Assembly (NCBI GenBank): GCA_958009085.1 | Contig: OY253675.1 | Location: 1,054,001-1,118,000 of the forward strand | Source of the DNA: Protoeuglena noctilucae | Lineage: Eukaryota | Direction of reading: 5' to 3' | Length of the DNA: 64,000 bases | In this document: piece by piece, positions 37,555-48,735 of the stretch | Layout of the letters: each line of letters begins with the position of its first letter | Position numbering within the stretch: position 1 is the stretch's first letter | The notes under the pieces: model-generated | Databases searched by the model: none | What the model saw: only the letters and a program-made list of their open reading frames with translations | Told to the model about the DNA's origin: nothing | Made by a program: the position numbers and the translations under genes

Positions 37555-40500
37555 CTACTCCTCGCCGCCGCTGGCGTGGTGCTCCCAGACCTGCTGCACG
37601 TGGCCGCAGTGAAGAAGCTTCCCAGCAACTTTCACGGCGTGAAGCTGCCGCCGAAGGTTGCGGAGGGGCACGCACTTCAGAGCCTCGCCCTCCGCAGGCT
37701 CCAGGAGCGACAGCTGGGGAGGCTGCAGCGCTCCCAGGTTGGTGTAGAACGACAAGCACTGGTTGGACAGGTACCTCAGGTCGCATGGGGCCCTGTGCAC
37801 CGGGGCCACCAGGGCGCAGAGGAAGGTCCCGGCACCGGAGCTGGTCTTCGCCTCAACCCCGCACACGACCCTGCCCGTCTGCAGCGTGCCCCTGTCCGGG
37901 AGGTACTCGACGAAGGACAGGGTCTCGTCGGTGGCGACGATCCTGGCCCGGTCCCCGCTGGCCGTCCCGATCTCGACCGTGGAGGTCAGCGCGACCTCGC
38001 CCAAGACGTGGCAGGGAAGCCCCGCGCCCTTGAGGGCGTTCAGGAGGTCCGCCTTAGAAACGAAGTCTTCCGCGCGTCCCTCGCTGCACAGGTCGTTCTT
38101 CTTCAGGACGGTCTTCACGCCCTTCACTTGGTCCTCGGGCTGGGACGGGACCGGCTGCTCCGCCCTCGCCCGGCTCTTGATGACGGAGGCCGCCCTCTGA
38201 GAGATGACGCTGGTGCTCGCCTGCGACAGGGCTCGGGGGTCAGTCCAGCGCGGCTCAGCATGGCACGCGGGTCGAGCGCCGTGCGACCGCATCGAGACGT
38301 GTGAGTCGCAAGAAACGCGTCCTGCGTGGGCTTCCCCGCGTCGCCTACGCTGGGCGGCGCTTCTTGCCTGTACCTGCACGTCGCCCTTGCCGTTCGTGCG
38401 CGCGTTGGCAATGGGCTTGTGCATGCGCTCGGCGTCGTTCATGCTGCCCAACATGATGGAGCCGTTCCTCGCCACCACTGCAGGGAAATGCGAAAGCGCG
38501 TGGCACTTCTGGCTGTTCTCGATCTTGCTGAAGAGGGGCTTCTCCGTGCGGACGATTTCGTGGCCACGCAGCAGCGTCTTGAGCACGACCTGCGGCGACA
38601 CGGCAGCGACAAGGCTTCCAGAGTGAGTAAGGGGCAGCGAACGATGGGGCTGGTGTTGGAGAAGGCCTCACGTGGAGGACCTTATTCAGCTGCGCGTCCG
38701 CCGCCTGCGCCCCTGCGATGGTGGCGCTCTCCAGGGACCATTCGGCATAGAGCTGAAGGCATGCCAGGGCTACGGCCACGAGCCCAGCCCTCTCGTCGTG
38801 CACGTCTTTGCTGCCCGTAGGCTCTGCAAGGGATGTGGTGGTGGGGAAACACTCCCGGGGTTCCCCGGCCCGCATCGCGATACCCGCAGCTCCTCCCGAT
38901 GCCCTCGCAGCGCTGACTGTCGGCCTCGCCTCGAGAGAAGAGCTCGACGAGGGCGAAAGGCAGAGCTTGGATCAAGAACCTCGCCTCGTACGCCTTTATC
39001 TTCCCAAACGGGTCCACGAGGCTCAGCACGATCTGGAAGGTCTCGCCCCACGGACGGGCGTGGATCCATGCCGGGGCCTGCGCTCCACCCACACGACGAT
39101 GGACATGCCAGGTGAATACCGAGCAGCTGCGGCGCCACTGCAGGCAACGCACGCCATTGCCTGACCTGCAGCTCACCTTGGCATCCGCAATGATCGATGC
39201 GAACGCAGCCAAGAGGGCGTTTGCCTTTGTCGCAGACTCTCCCGCTGCCGCGTTGTTGTAGAGGACGGTCAGTATGCAGAAGGGAACAGTCTTGCCCAAC
39301 ATTCCCAGTTCCACGGTGTGCATGGGGTCAGGTGCTTGGCCCTGATACAAGTCCGACCCGAACTCGTCCCAGTACGACAGGGCAGGAACCACAGGATGAA
39401 TTTTGCTCTCCCTGGCTTGTTCGTTGGCCCTGGCCGTCCCCACGTCCCTCCTCAAGCGCAGGATGTGCTGCACCTGGAGGCGATGCAGCGCGACGGTGCG
39501 AGGCGTGCGGCAGTCATCCTGGAGGCACAGCGGGCACGACCTGACGGCCAGCGTGGACGAGTTGGCCATCATGACGTTCAGCTGCGCCGCCAAGACGGGA
39601 AAGACGATGACTCTCCCGACGTCGGGGAGGGTCATCCACACCCCACCGGACCTCGCCACGCCAATCAGCTGCCGGTCCACGGCAGCCAGCCGCCGCTGGA
39701 TGGCCTCTCTGTTGTTCAGGTCTGCCTGTGACCCCGGAGTGATCCCGGACACCTGCGGGGGCCTCGAGCGACAACTCATACACGCGGCGTGGTGGTGGAC
39801 GTGTGGGCTGCAACGCCGGCAATCCTCCTCTCGCCTTCATGGACTCGACGGTGGCCACGGTTCGCGGCGTCCCTGTCCTCACGGCCTTGCAAGGCGACAG
39901 GAGGTGCATGTGGATGGGCGTCGTCGATGCGCCCTTGGTCATCTCCACCCCGTCGATGCTGTACGCGACGGGCACGAGGAGCAGCCGGGCGTGCAGCTCG
40001 GGGCGGACTTTGCCAGCGACAGCCTCGGCTATGTCGCTATACCCCTTCGCCCGGGAGAAGGTGAGCTTCTCGTGGATGCTGGGATGCGTCTCATGTGGTC
40101 TCGCCCGCGCCTGGCGTGACCGTTCCCGTGCCTCGCTGAAGTCTCGCATCAACTTAACGAGCGTCTTGGGCTTGATCTGCTCCGCGTGCACCAGCATGTC
40201 CCTCAGCACCGTTATCGTTTGGTAGATGATGGTTGTGCTGCCCTCCTCTTGCAAAACCTGCAGGCCGTGCGTGCACTGGTTGGCGTCAGCCCCCTCGGCC
40301 GCGTCCGAGGCCCTCGACACAAGCGGCACCGCGGCGTGACGCACCTCGTACTGGCCATTGATGCTGTTGAGTGAGGTGTGGAACGTGCGGTGGGAGCGCC
40401 CGAGGTCGAGAAGGTCGTCGCGGATGTCGGGGCGCAGCTTCACGAAGCAATCGAAATGCGCTGCCGTCAGCGATGCCATGAACTGCGCCCCTGCTTCAAG

Positions 40501-41058
40501 TTGGCTCAGGTACTCATCGTCACTGTCCCTGCTCCTGGCCCGCCATGCCTCCAGGTCCTCCGGCAGCTTCAGCGGTTCGTACTCCCCGGGCGCAGGAAGG
40601 TAGGAGACTCCAGGAGCGTCCTCTTGGGGCGCATCATGCGCTCCGGCGCTCTCGGGCGGTTCACCCCTCTCCGAGTCAATGTCCACGTCCATGTCCACGT
40701 CCGTGTCGGCGTAGTGGAGCCACGCGAGTCCTACATCTTCGCTCTCGCCATCACTGCCCGCAGCAACGTCCGCCGTCCCGTCTTCCTCCCGCAGTTCTTG
40801 GTCTGGTCCCGCGCTGGCGCTGTCGCGTGCCAGCCCGTCCGAGCCTCGCAGAGACGGAGAGACATAGTGTTCGTGTGGGGCGGCGGGGCGGGGTGCTTCC
40901 TGGCGGCTCTCCTCGCCATATCTCCAGCCCCACAGCGCAGGGCATCTTTGCTGATGCCGGGCGAGCTTGGCCGGGGTATCGAATTGCGTTCCACACGCGT
41001 CGCATTCGAGCATGGTGAGCTGCAGCGCAGGTTGCGATGCAGGGTTCAAGGCGGGCAT
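37555..41058 (-). CDS. Plavaka-like DDE transposase with N-terminal C2H2-type zinc finger (~7 exons)
   Basis: 'CDACGTQFDTPAKLARHQQRC', 'VAYSIDG..TPIHM', 'GRVIVFPVLAA..CPLC', 'APDPMHTVELGM', 'KCHALSHF..G..AERMHK..TN'. Motif order matches Plavaka/CACTA-related transposases. Confidence 0.8.
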
Positions 41059-42274
41059 GGTGAGGGCGTGGAAGCGGAGGTGAGGAAAGTCCAGCGCGCG
41101 CTCTGTGGGTCAGGCAGGCTCAGGGGTCGTCAGTCCTCCAGGCAAGCGGGGGTGGATTGCAGGGCTGCAGCGACAGCACCGCGCACAGGCGAGGCTCGGC
41201 GCTGCTGGTGCGAACAGCGCTGGATCATCGTCCCTCTCTAGGGTGAGAGTGCAGCCTGCTGCTGAGCCATCTGCGAGGTGTGCTGACGTGGCTGGGGAGG
41301 GGAGGGGCCAGCTCCCGTGAGGTGAGATGCAGCATACGCATGACTAGATCAGGTCGGACATTGTCGCTGTCCCCGAGGTGCGCGGTTGGTCTGCTGCGCT
41401 ACCGGTGGGGTCTGCGACACGGTCAGGTGTGCAAGGGGGGGTTGGTTGGCTGGGAGGGACGAAGGGCTGGTCCGCCAGCGTGGTATCTCTGTACTTGCTA
41501 ACTGTACCTGGCACCGTGCCTGCACTCTCTCACCCCGAGACTGACTCTAACTTCGCCTAACAAGCACGCAGGCGCACGTGCCACCTCGTCCCAAGTTCCG
41601 GCGCTGGTCGGGTGCTGGCCGGGCCCGCCATGGCTCGTCCGCCGACCCATGCCCCTTGTCTGTCGTCTGGCGTCCGCGGCGCCCCGCAGCGGTGGTCATC
41701 GACTCCTGGGGCGGCCGTCGGCACGGCGGAGTCGCGCACGCCACCATCTCCCGAGTGCCTGGCCCGAGTGCCGGAGCGCCGCTCCCCGATGGAGCGGCAG
41801 CGTCCGGAACAAGCGGTCGGTGCCTCTGGCGGTGGTCGCTGCGCGCTCCCGTCGCGCCTGCGGCCGCCCGAGTCCGGCTGCATGTGCGTGCATGAGTGCG
41901 TTGCCTAGAGCGTCACGGATGGTCATGTAACCTCGGCGTAGGGATTGAAATACCAATAGCTACGCTAGGGAGCGATTACGGGCCGAACGGAGCCCCCCGG
42001 GCCGCGCGGGCCCCGGAGCGCGTGTGCCCAAAAGATGCGTCCGATCGCGATCCAGATAGGTCTGATCGCGGCCGAGAAGGAAGATAGGCGGCGGGATAGC
42101 CTCGGCTAACGCTTCCGGCGCCGCTGCGCTCCCGAGTGGGCCCCGCTCCCCGCGATCCCCGACCACGACGAAATGCCGCGAAACTGCTCCCAGCGGCCTC
42201 TCGCATCCCGGGTGCGCCGTGGCCGTAACCGCGCCGCGTAAAACGGCCTCCCCAGGGAGATCGGGCGCGCGGCT

Positions 42275-42404
42275 GGAATCACTGGGCTCAATGAGGGTTT
42301 ACATTACAGTCTGTGTCGTCAGTGGGATCACTGGGATGATCCCTCTGATACCCCGGGATCAGCGGGATGATCCCCACGATTCCTGGGTATCACGGGGATG
42401 ATCC
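42275..42404. repeat. Right subterminal repeat array, inverted relative to the left array
   Basis: gggatcactgggatgatccc (42324), gggatcagcgggatgatccc (42355), gggtatcacggggatgatcc (42385); period ~30-31 bp. Confidence 0.85.
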
Positions 42405-42690
42405 TACTGACGCCAGACTCGCGGTTTTCCCGATGAACGAGCTGTGACGTTTCACCGCCGCCAACCCACCCCTCCAGTCCTCCAGCTGCTTTGGAATTTG
42501 CCGCTAGTCGCAATTCACGCATCAGTCGTAGCAGCTGCGAACAAGCCCCACGTCGCCGTGTGGCGGCTGTCGCGACATGGCAGCTTTGGCCTGCGACCCT
42601 GCGCTGCGACCGCGTGTGTTTGTGGGCCATCCTCACGCCCACGCAAGCCCGACTTGCCCAATTGCGATCGCGGCGCGGCGCGGCCGCCCC

Positions 42691-43843
42691 ATGGCACTGT
42701 GGCGCGTGTTGCCCGGGCTGCGCTGCCGGGCGCCGCGCGCGCTGGCCACTGCGGTCGGCTCCGTTCCCGTCGACATCTCCGTGGATGACGAGAGGCGAGG
42801 GGCAGCTCGCCTGTACGTCCCCGCCGCACCGCGCCTGACATACCGCTTAGGGTCATCCGGTTTTCCCCTCGCCGCCCGCAGCCCGGGCCGCTTCTTTCCC
42901 TACCTGGACAATTTCACGGTCGGTCCGCACCACATGACGGCGCGGGAGGTCCTCGGGCGCGCGGAGCAGTTCGTCAGCCGCGAGCGTCTGGCGCGCTTCC
43001 ACGCCGTCGCCTCCGAGCGGTGTTTCTCCGTCGTTCCCGTGCTGGAGGGCCTCCACGACGTGGGGAACATTGCTGCGGTGGCGCGAAGTGCGGACGCATT
43101 GGGATTTGGCCGCCTCCACGTCATCCAGGGTAATGGCAAGTACAAGCGCAGCCACCGCTCCGTCAGCGCGGGGAGCGACAAGTGGATACACATGGGAGTG
43201 GCCGAGGTGCGTCTCGTCGCTGCTGTTCTAGCCGTTGCCACCTGGCCACCTCGGCGCCCACGCTGACTGTGCATGATGCAAGGCCATCTGCGCCCCTGTG
43301 ACGCAGGACACCCGGGAGGCGTTTGAGGCGCTGCGGCGCGTGGGGTACCGCGTGGCAGTCACGCACCTGGGCCCCGGCACCGTCGACGTGCGTGACATGG
43401 ACTTCTCGATACCCACGGCCGTGGTGCTGGGGAACGAGAAGGACGGGGTGTCGCCCGAGGCAGTGGAGCACGCGGACGTGCGGTGCGCCATCCCCATGGT
43501 GGGCTTTGTTGATTCGTTCAACGTCAGCGTGGCTGCCAGCCTCGTCATGTGGACCGCGAGGCAGGACCGCGCCGCGCGGCTGGGGATGGCGGGAGACCTG
43601 GGGCCGGAGGAGGCGGAGGTGCTGGCGGCGGCCTTTGCGCTGCGGCACCACGCAAGGGTGGGGAGCTGGATTGCCGAGACGGCGTCGCGCGCGCGGCCGG
43701 CGTTCCGGCGGCGGCGGCTGGCGGGCGGGGGGGCGGAGGAGGACGGGGGCGGGGAGTGGGAGGGCGATGAGGGGGCAGAGGAGCTGCTGAGGGATTTGGC
43801 AGCGAGCGCGGGGCTGCGACAAGGGGGCGGGAGGGGTTGGTGA
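42691..43843 (+). CDS. SpoU/TrmH-family tRNA/rRNA 2'-O-methyltransferase
   Basis: 'VLEGLHDVGNIAAVARSADALG', 'SAGSDKWI', 'VVLGNEKDGVS', 'IPMVGFVDSFNVSVAA'. Confidence 0.92.
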
Positions 43844-44125
43844 CGGGTTGCTCTGCGGGCCTCGGGAGGTCTGTGCATAGAGCAGCTCGCAGGGTACCCA
43901 GTGTGCTGGCAGTGGCACGCGCCGCCACTCTGGCGACCCGGGACTCTCAGATACCTTCTCGCATCGTGGTGCTGGCCATCTCTTCGCTCTCTTGTGCTCG
44001 AATGTTTGAATGACGAGTCGTGAGAAGGCTAGGAAAGAGTTTTGCAAGCGTGTGCAGCTACGCCCCCCTTTTGCGGAGCGACGGGAGACCCTCGAACCCC
44101 GGAAGAATTGCCTGTGCAACTATCG

Positions 44126-47079
44126 ATGCTGACTGTGCGCATCCGGTCCAGGTGGGGGCCCGGCGCACGGGCTGTGCACCGCTGCGCGTATGCAACATGA
44201 GCGCCCGCTTTTTCGTCTCGTGGCTGCGTTAATTGTGCTGTGTGGCAATCCTTCCGGGCGAGGTTTAGTACATGTCCAAGCATGGGATGCGGCAGATGGC
44301 TGCGGGAGGCGCCTGCGCGACGGGGAGGGGCCCTTCACGCTGCGGAATGGGCCCACCGACACCGTCGGACCTGGGCCTCCCTTGACCCCGAGCGTCAGAC
44401 GATGACGTAAAGGCTTTCATGAAGGGCCGCGGGTCGCCTGCGATGCGCCTATGTCCGCCGGGATCTGGAAAAACCGCGCTCCTCATGCTTTGCAGGGATG
44501 GCCTGGAGCGCGTCGATGTGACGGACAACGCGACGGTGCACGACTTGAGAGAGGCAATCCAGGAGAAGTTGGGCGTGCCGTATCATGGTGCGTGGCTGCT
44601 CCGTCCCGCGAGACGGGGCGCGTGCTTTGCGCGGTGGACTGTTGCCCCGCGCGAGGGCTCCCCGCGGCCTCCGTTCGCAGACCAGCAGCTGTCGAAGGAC
44701 CAGGGCCTGCTTCGCGCGGCCGCTCGCCCCTCGGATTTCAAGGACATGATAAACGACCGCGCCACGCTGCGGTCCCTGGGCGTCACCCACGGCGCCCTCA
44801 TCTTCCTGCGCTACAGGTGACACCTGCACGTGCGTGCGAGTCATACGCCAATGCTGTGGCAACGCAACACTTGCTTAAGAGTCAGCTGTAGGCCACTCCA
44901 TCCCCACAAGCGCTTGCATCTCTCACATAGGCTCACTCCCCCAGGCACTCGCCGGCTGCCTAGTTGTCACCCCGCCGTGCCACCCCGCTCTCCCCGCAGC
45001 GTGGATCGGGAGGTGCAGCCCGTGGCCCGCCCCTCTGCCCCCGCGACGAAGATGGACATTGCGACGCTGTCGGCGCGGTGGGCCCGGATCGAGCGCCCCA
45101 AGGAGGGCGTCTGCTCTGCCGTCTCCTTCGACGGTCGCGCCGTGGCGCAGTTCGAGGCGTACGTCAGCGGATACCTGGCCTTCACCGTCAAGCGCGGGGG
45201 TATCATGTACGGCACGTTTGGGGAGGACGGGGCTGTGCATGTCGAGGCCATCTACGAGCCGCCACAGCACGTGAGGCGTGGGGTGGGGTTGTGGGTGGGA
45301 TTGAAGAGATGTGGGTAATGGTACTGGAGAGAGAGATGTGGGTGGATGTTGGGTGGTGACTGTGGTTGGGGTTGCGAGGATGACAGGATGGGGCGGGTGT
45401 GCGGAGTGTGCAGAGTGTGCGGTCTTGCTGAGGCTGTGCGGAGTGTGCCATAGACCCGTGCCATTCCGTGCAGGGTTCCGGTCTGTCTCTGGCAATAGAG
45501 GAGGACGTGGGGGAGCAGCACGTGGTCGACACCCTGGCCACGTCCATGGGGCTGCAGGTGAGCATCGGGATGGCGTGAGCATGAATAGCGAGCATGGATA
45601 GCGATCGCCTCGTGAGCGAGGGGACAGTGAAGGAGCTTAGCAGCACTTCAACTATGCTTCTTAATGCAGCTACTCGCTTACCCCATGCCACGCCTCAGCA
45701 CCCCCACCATCCACCCTCCCCCGCAGAAGGTGGGTTGGATCTTCAGCCAGACCGTCGCCGAGCGCGAGCATGTGTTGTCTGCCGAGGAAGTGGTGCAGAT
45801 GGCGCGGTGGCAGCGGGCGTGCGGGGGGCGCGGCGCCAGTGCGGTGGTGTCGCTGTGGGAGGAGGAGGACGGGCGCACGCAGGTGCACGTGGAGGCGTAC
45901 TGCGTCTCTAAGCAACTGGAGGATTTGGTCGCGGACGGGTGGGTCACGGACGCACCCCCAGAGTCCAACGTCTTACGTATGCGCAACCCCAAGGCGAGGG
46001 ACGGGGTGGGGTGGTGTGGGTGGTGGTGGGTGGTTGTGCATGTGGGTGTGGGTGCGTAGCATGCGGTGTGCGACTTGCAACCATCACTCACCTGCACTGC
46101 CAGCCACCACTCAAACCCCCGCATCTCCCTTCGCACCCCACGCCATCGCCATCCCACTCACCCACTCACACCCTCCCCTGACACCCCAGGCCCCCGAGGA
46201 CGCGACCCCTCTGATCGTGGCGTCCAAGTCCGTGGGCGAGGTGGACGTGGAGTGGTTCCTGCTGACCGTGCCCATCAAGGACCACACGGGGACGCTGAGG
46301 ACGGAGTTCCCCATTGAGAACCGCATGATACCACAAGTGAGTGGGTGATGGTGCATGGGTGATGGGTGCATGGGTGATGGGATGGGATGGTTGTAATGGT
46401 TGGGAATGGTGCCGCAGGTGAGGGGTGGGTGACCAGTGAAGATTCTTCCTATCTTACGAAACAAAAGGTGGCGTCATGGCTGACAGAGTGCCGCGCATGT
46501 CACGGCACGAGAGCCGCCCATCTCACCCCATCAACAGCTTCCCTGCCTGCCCTCTCTCTTCGCAGACCAGTTCGGATCTGAAGCGGTGCCTGGGCGGTCC
46601 GGCAAGCATGACCTACCAGCAGCGCATGCGGTGAGGACCGACCAGCGAGCGGGGCGTGTGGGTCGACGCATGCCGTGGGTCTCCGAAACGCATGCATGCA
46701 TGCATGCCGAGACGTCCTTGTCTGCTCACCCTGCATCGCTGGTTGACAATGACTGCTATCTCCCTTGTGTTTACACAGGGACTTCCACCTCCTCCTGTGG
46801 CTGGCGCGGCAGGGGGTGCTGGACGCCGAGGTGAGAGAGGGCAGCACGTTCTGGCGTGACATCACGATCGGAAGCAGCGCGTCACATCACATCACGATGC
46901 CGTTGACGTGACACCACTCGACATCACACGTATAACAATAATTGCACCAGAGTAGTACCCATTCATGCCTCCGTGCCTGCTCTCAGACGGACATGCCGCT
47001 CATCGTGGCTGCGTTGATGCGGGGGGAGCCCATCATGGAGGGGTACAAGCTCATGATCGACTCGCTGGCGGGGAGCTGA
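44126..47079 (+). CDS. NPL4: NPL4-family CDC48/p97 cofactor, ~10 exons
   Basis: 'MLTVRIRSR|DGLERV', 'LAFTVKRGGIMYG..VEAIYEPPQ', 'KVGWIFSQ', 'LSAEEV', 'FPIENR', 'DFHLLL', 'EGYKLMIDSLA'. Confidence 0.92.
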
Positions 47080-47953
47080 GGGTTGGAATGGGACACAGAC
47101 GGACGTACCCAATGCTCTCTGACGTTGCTCTATGCCCCCGGCTGTCGTGCGCGTCGTGCGTGGCAGCACCCGCTTTTGGAAGACACACGCTTCGGCAGCA
47201 TATTTCAAAATGGGTTTTTCAAAGATGAGGAAAAAAAGTTGCAAAAGGTACACACGTAAACTACGCCGCAAGCCTGCCACACTCACCCACGCCTGCCAAG
47301 GACAGGCGGGCGTGGGGCCGCGCGTCGCCTCCGCCCCGACCACCGCGGTGCTAGAAAGGGCGGCGGCGGGTGCGGCGGCGTGCGCGGTTGACGGCGGGGG
47401 CCGACGAGGTGCTAGGCCCGGCATGGTCCAAGGCGACGGAGAGTCGAGATGGGCAGTTCTCGCTGGCTCAAGCAGGAGCTGCTACTACGGCGAGGGTGCT
47501 GAGGCAAGAGCGTGCATCGCGCTGGAAGGCGCCCGGGATACGGCACCCTCTTGGCGATACAGCATGAGGCGTGTCGGGCAGGAATGGCGCGCCGGGGGTG
47601 GCGACGCGGCAACAGAGGGTCACGGCAGGGTGAAAAGCGGATCCGCGCTCCCCCGCCGAGCTCCCGGGGCGACTGGAAAGGCAAGGTTAAGGCGATGGGA
47701 TCATGGCGTGCTGGCATGGCCGAGCCAGGGGCTGGGCCGACTGAGGCGTGGCGGCTCTGTGCCGCCGGAACTGTCCGAGTTCGTTTGGGGCGCCGGCTGC
47801 AAGGGCTCCGGCGGGGGCCCAAACGAGCCCGGCAACGTGCTGTGCTGTGCCTTGTTGTGGGCGGCCCGTGCGGGCCACGAGGCCCGGCGCGGGCCGGCGT
47901 ACTTTGGGTGAAACCAAAGTGGGGCCGGGTATGCCGCAACGCAGCTGCGTCGC

Positions 47954-48735
47954 TCAGAGCTCCTCCGGGTCGTTCATGAGTACGGCGGACTTGGAGTACT
48001 CGAGGAGCTGCAGCACGCTCTGCATGGAGCACGTCGGGTACCCCGGCTCGGACAGCTCCTGCACGGCCTGCACGAAGTGCTTGACCAGCACGCGGTAGTG
48101 GGACTCGTTCAGGTTCTGCTCGTCCCTGCGGAGGTAATCGGGAGGGGAACAGGTGGCAGGGCGCGGAGATGGGGGCTGAAGTATGTGGCCTGCGGGTGCT
48201 GGTCAACGCGCTGGCCAGCGCTCGCCTCATGCGCTTGTGGATGCGGTTGAGGTCCTCGCCGGAATACTTCATCGGCCCGCCGAATGCCATCGTGCAGAAG
48301 TCTGCGAGGGGGAGCGGAGGGCAGAAGCGGCTCGATCGATGCGGACGGCCAGGTCCCCGATCGCGTGCGGCGGGGCTCGGGGCGCGCGCTCACAGATCAG
48401 GTGCAGGTTCAGGCGCTCCGGAGGGACCGCGAGGAAGAAGTGCTTGATCTCCGGGTCGTCTGCGCATCTCCGTCAGCCGCTTCACCACCACATCCACGAA
48501 GGCGGAGCACTTCTCGGCGCCCAGCTGCGCGTGCGGGAGGACTTTGGCCGCTGAGGCGACGGCAAAGCGCGCGGCGCGCGGCGCGCGGTGAGGCGGGTCC
48601 TTCGCAAGCGGCAGGCCACCCTCTCTCGGGCCATGGACGCGAGCGCCGGAGGGCGCGCGGCCTCACCCGCTGCCAGAACGTGTCCTCCTTGTTAACGTTC
48701 TCGCCAGTGACGCGGTTCATCGGGCACGCGGACAT
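47954..48735 (-). CDS. Group I (2/2) truncated haemoglobin; frame interrupted as written, possible pseudogene or assembly error
   Basis: Spliced 'TFWQR|LGAEKCSAFVDVVVKRLT..DDPEIKHFF..HLIYFCTMAFGGPMKYSGEDLNRIHKRMR|DEQNLNESHY..LVKHF'. It has the DP..F, GG..Y.G and proximal His pattern. Confidence 0.82.

Larger units (their letters stand above)
36863..42435 (-). mobile_element. Complete TIR DNA transposon, Plavaka/CMC-like, 5573 bp
   Basis: The left end CATCGGGAAAACC (36863-36875) is the exact reverse complement of the right end GGTTTTCCCGATG (42423-42435), and imperfect similarity extends to ~38 bp. AA flanks both ends (36861-62, 42436-37). Subterminal repeats and an internal transposase are present. 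Confidence 0.9.

Noticed and set aside
37405..38304. 299-aa plus-strand ORF inside the transposon as a possible second (cargo) gene
   Set aside because: It is antisense to the transposase's last exon, has no recognisable motifs, and is typical of GC-rich shadow ORFs.
41557..41956. Short ORFs in the 5' part of the transposon
   Set aside because: Arg/Pro-rich ORFs occur in all frames with no motif or clear splice path. This is more likely promoter or 5' UTR.
42275..42404. Regularly spaced palindromic repeats resembling a mini CRISPR array
   Set aside because: Spacers are only ~10 bp, there are no cas genes, the context is eukaryotic, and a mirrored array sits at the other TIR. They are subterminal transposon repeats.
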